Below are positions 62,883-64,000 of a DNA stretch of 64,000 nucleotides, in pieces. Under the pieces are notes generated by a model. The model saw only the letters and a program-made list of their open reading frames with translations. It searched no databases and was not told the DNA's origin. How positions within the stretch are numbered: the first letter of the stretch is position 1; every line of letters starts with the position of its first letter. The DNA comes from an uncultured Acidobacteriota bacterium. Its GTDB lineage: Bacteria > Actinomycetota > Acidimicrobiia > Spongiisociales > ZC4RG35. The DNA lies in assembly GCA_963724825.1 (NCBI GenBank), contig CAVRWT010000003.1:183807-247806 (forward strand). The letters run 5' to 3'. Made by a program: the position numbers and the translations under genes.

Positions 62883-64000
62883 ATGGAGCCTATGGAACAG
62901 AACAACACAACTACCGAGGCGCCTGAGCCCACGGTCGCAGCTCCTGCGGAATTGATTCGGCCCACCGAGGGCCGGATGCTCGCCGGTGTCGCCCAGGGTC
63001 TAGCGGACCGCTTCGGGATCACACCATGGATCGTGCGGGTCGCTTTCGTCCTGACGGCGTTCGCCGGCGGTGTCGGCGTGGCCCTTTACGCCGCAGGATG
63101 GTTTCTCATTCGTTCCGAAGATGAGACGGAGTCCGCCGCCGAGCGAGTGTTCAGCGGGGCCACCACCTCCCGATCGTGGGTCGGGATCGGCCTGATATTT
63201 CTCGCCGCACTGATCCTGCTCGACAACTTCACCTTCCTCGATGGAGGGGTGGTATGGGCCGTAGGCCTGCTGATTGTGGGCCTTCTCCTCTACACGGGCG
63301 ATCTCCCGCGCCTGATAAATAGATCGTCGGAGCAGGCCGCTGACAAGGAGGGAGTTCAACAAATGACAACTGACACCAAGGTCACCACGACCGAGATCCC
63401 AACCACCCCACCCATCTTCCCCCCGGCCGGAGGCACGGTCGGCGGCGGCGTCCCTCCGACTCCGACGCCCACCCCGCCGATCCTGCCTCCGGCGGAGCAA
63501 AAACCAAAGGAACACTCACTTCTGGGACGTCTCACCATCGGCTTCATGCTGCTTGGCCTGGGCATCCTCGCCCTGCTCGACAACATCCCCGGGGTGCCGA
63601 TCGAGGCTGACCCCCGTCACTACATGGCGCTGGCGGTGACCATCCTCGGCATCGGGCTCCTGGTCGGAGCCTGGGCCGGCCGGGCCCGGTGGCTGATCCT
63701 GCTCGGCGTGATCATGGTCCCCACCTTGCTCTTCTCCCCGGTGTTCGAATACCAGTGGAACAGCGAGGACTTCGAGCGGTCGGTGACGCCAGTGACGTTC
63801 GCCGAGCTAGATGAGTCCTACACCCTCGACGTCGGCAATCTCCTGATCGACCTGAGGCAACTCCCATGGGATGGCCGCGAAATCGACCTGACGGTGTCTG
63901 TCGACGCCGGCAACGTCGAGATCCGGCTCCCCGAGGGTGTCGGTCTGGATGGAAAGGCCGAAGTCTCGGTCGGTCGGGTAGCGGGGCCGGGCCGCGAGTC
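62883..64000 (+). CDS. PspC-domain membrane protein (partial; runs off the 3' end of the window)
   Basis: Not in the ORF track (open at the window end). 'GRMLAGVAQGLADRFGITPWIVRVAFVL' is a PspC motif. A Pro/Thr-rich linker and a second TM cluster follow. In frame for more than 1.1 kb. Confidence 0.55.
   Translation, partial: MEPMEQNNTTTEAPEPTVAAPAELIRPTEGRMLAGVAQGLADRFGITPWIVRVAFVLTAFAGGVGVALYAAGWFLIRSEDETESAAERVFSGATTSRSWVGIGLIFLAALILLDNFTFLDGGVVWAVGLLIVGLLLYTGDLPRLINRSSEQAADKEGVQQMTTDTKVTTTEIPTTPPIFPPAGGTVGGGVPPTPTPTPPILPPAEQKPKEHSLLGRLTIGFMLLGLGILALLDNIPGVPIEADPRHYMALAVTILGIGLLVGAWAGRARWLILLGVIMVPTLLFSPVFEYQWNSEDFERSVTPVTFAELDESYTLDVGNLLIDLRQLPWDGREIDLTVSVDAGNVEIRLPEGVGLDGKAEVSVGRVAGPGRE

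Overview
The window is about 64 kb of high-GC (≈68%) bacterial chromosome. A WhiB-family regulator (56680-56994) places it in the Actinobacteria; the lineage is otherwise undetermined, and an F420-dependent LLM oxidoreductase is also present. 

The first 30 kb is mostly housekeeping/core:
- an SRPBCC protein and a metallophosphoesterase;
- an opuA-type glycine-betaine ABC operon;
- a nitroreductase and a TrmH methyltransferase;
- a DnaQ-like exonuclease fused to a GIY-YIG domain;
- a complete System-I cytochrome c maturation operon, ccmABCDEFH-G;
- aquaporin Z and RNase P RNA (rnpB, minus strand, about 19.9-20.3 kb);
- a CBS/DUF294 nucleotidyltransferase, OtsB, the SOS-associated peptidase SRAP, a Nif3 / zinc-ribbon pair and a proline-racemase-family gene.

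tRNA-Val(TAC) sits at about 31.37-31.44 kb. From there to about 54 kb lies an accessory cell-envelope region. It holds an ABC-2 exporter, GT2/GT8 glycosyltransferases and CE4 deacetylases, P-loop proteins and an APH-like kinase. It also holds at least six large secreted proteins that end in triplets of a Cys-containing SLH-like module, plus one canonical SLH / collagen-like protein. The last 10 kb carries a SigB-like sigma factor convergent with WhiB, a DUF1684 protein, an amidohydrolase and a PspC / histidine-kinase / LuxR envelope-stress system.

The dominant signal is the large number of +1/-1 frameshifts. At least 22 genes are broken, several of them three to six times, with the highest density in the glycan and surface-protein region. 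Many indels fall in short G/C runs. Assembly or sequencing indels versus real pseudogene decay cannot be separated from the sequence alone. No integrase, transposase or CRISPR array was found.
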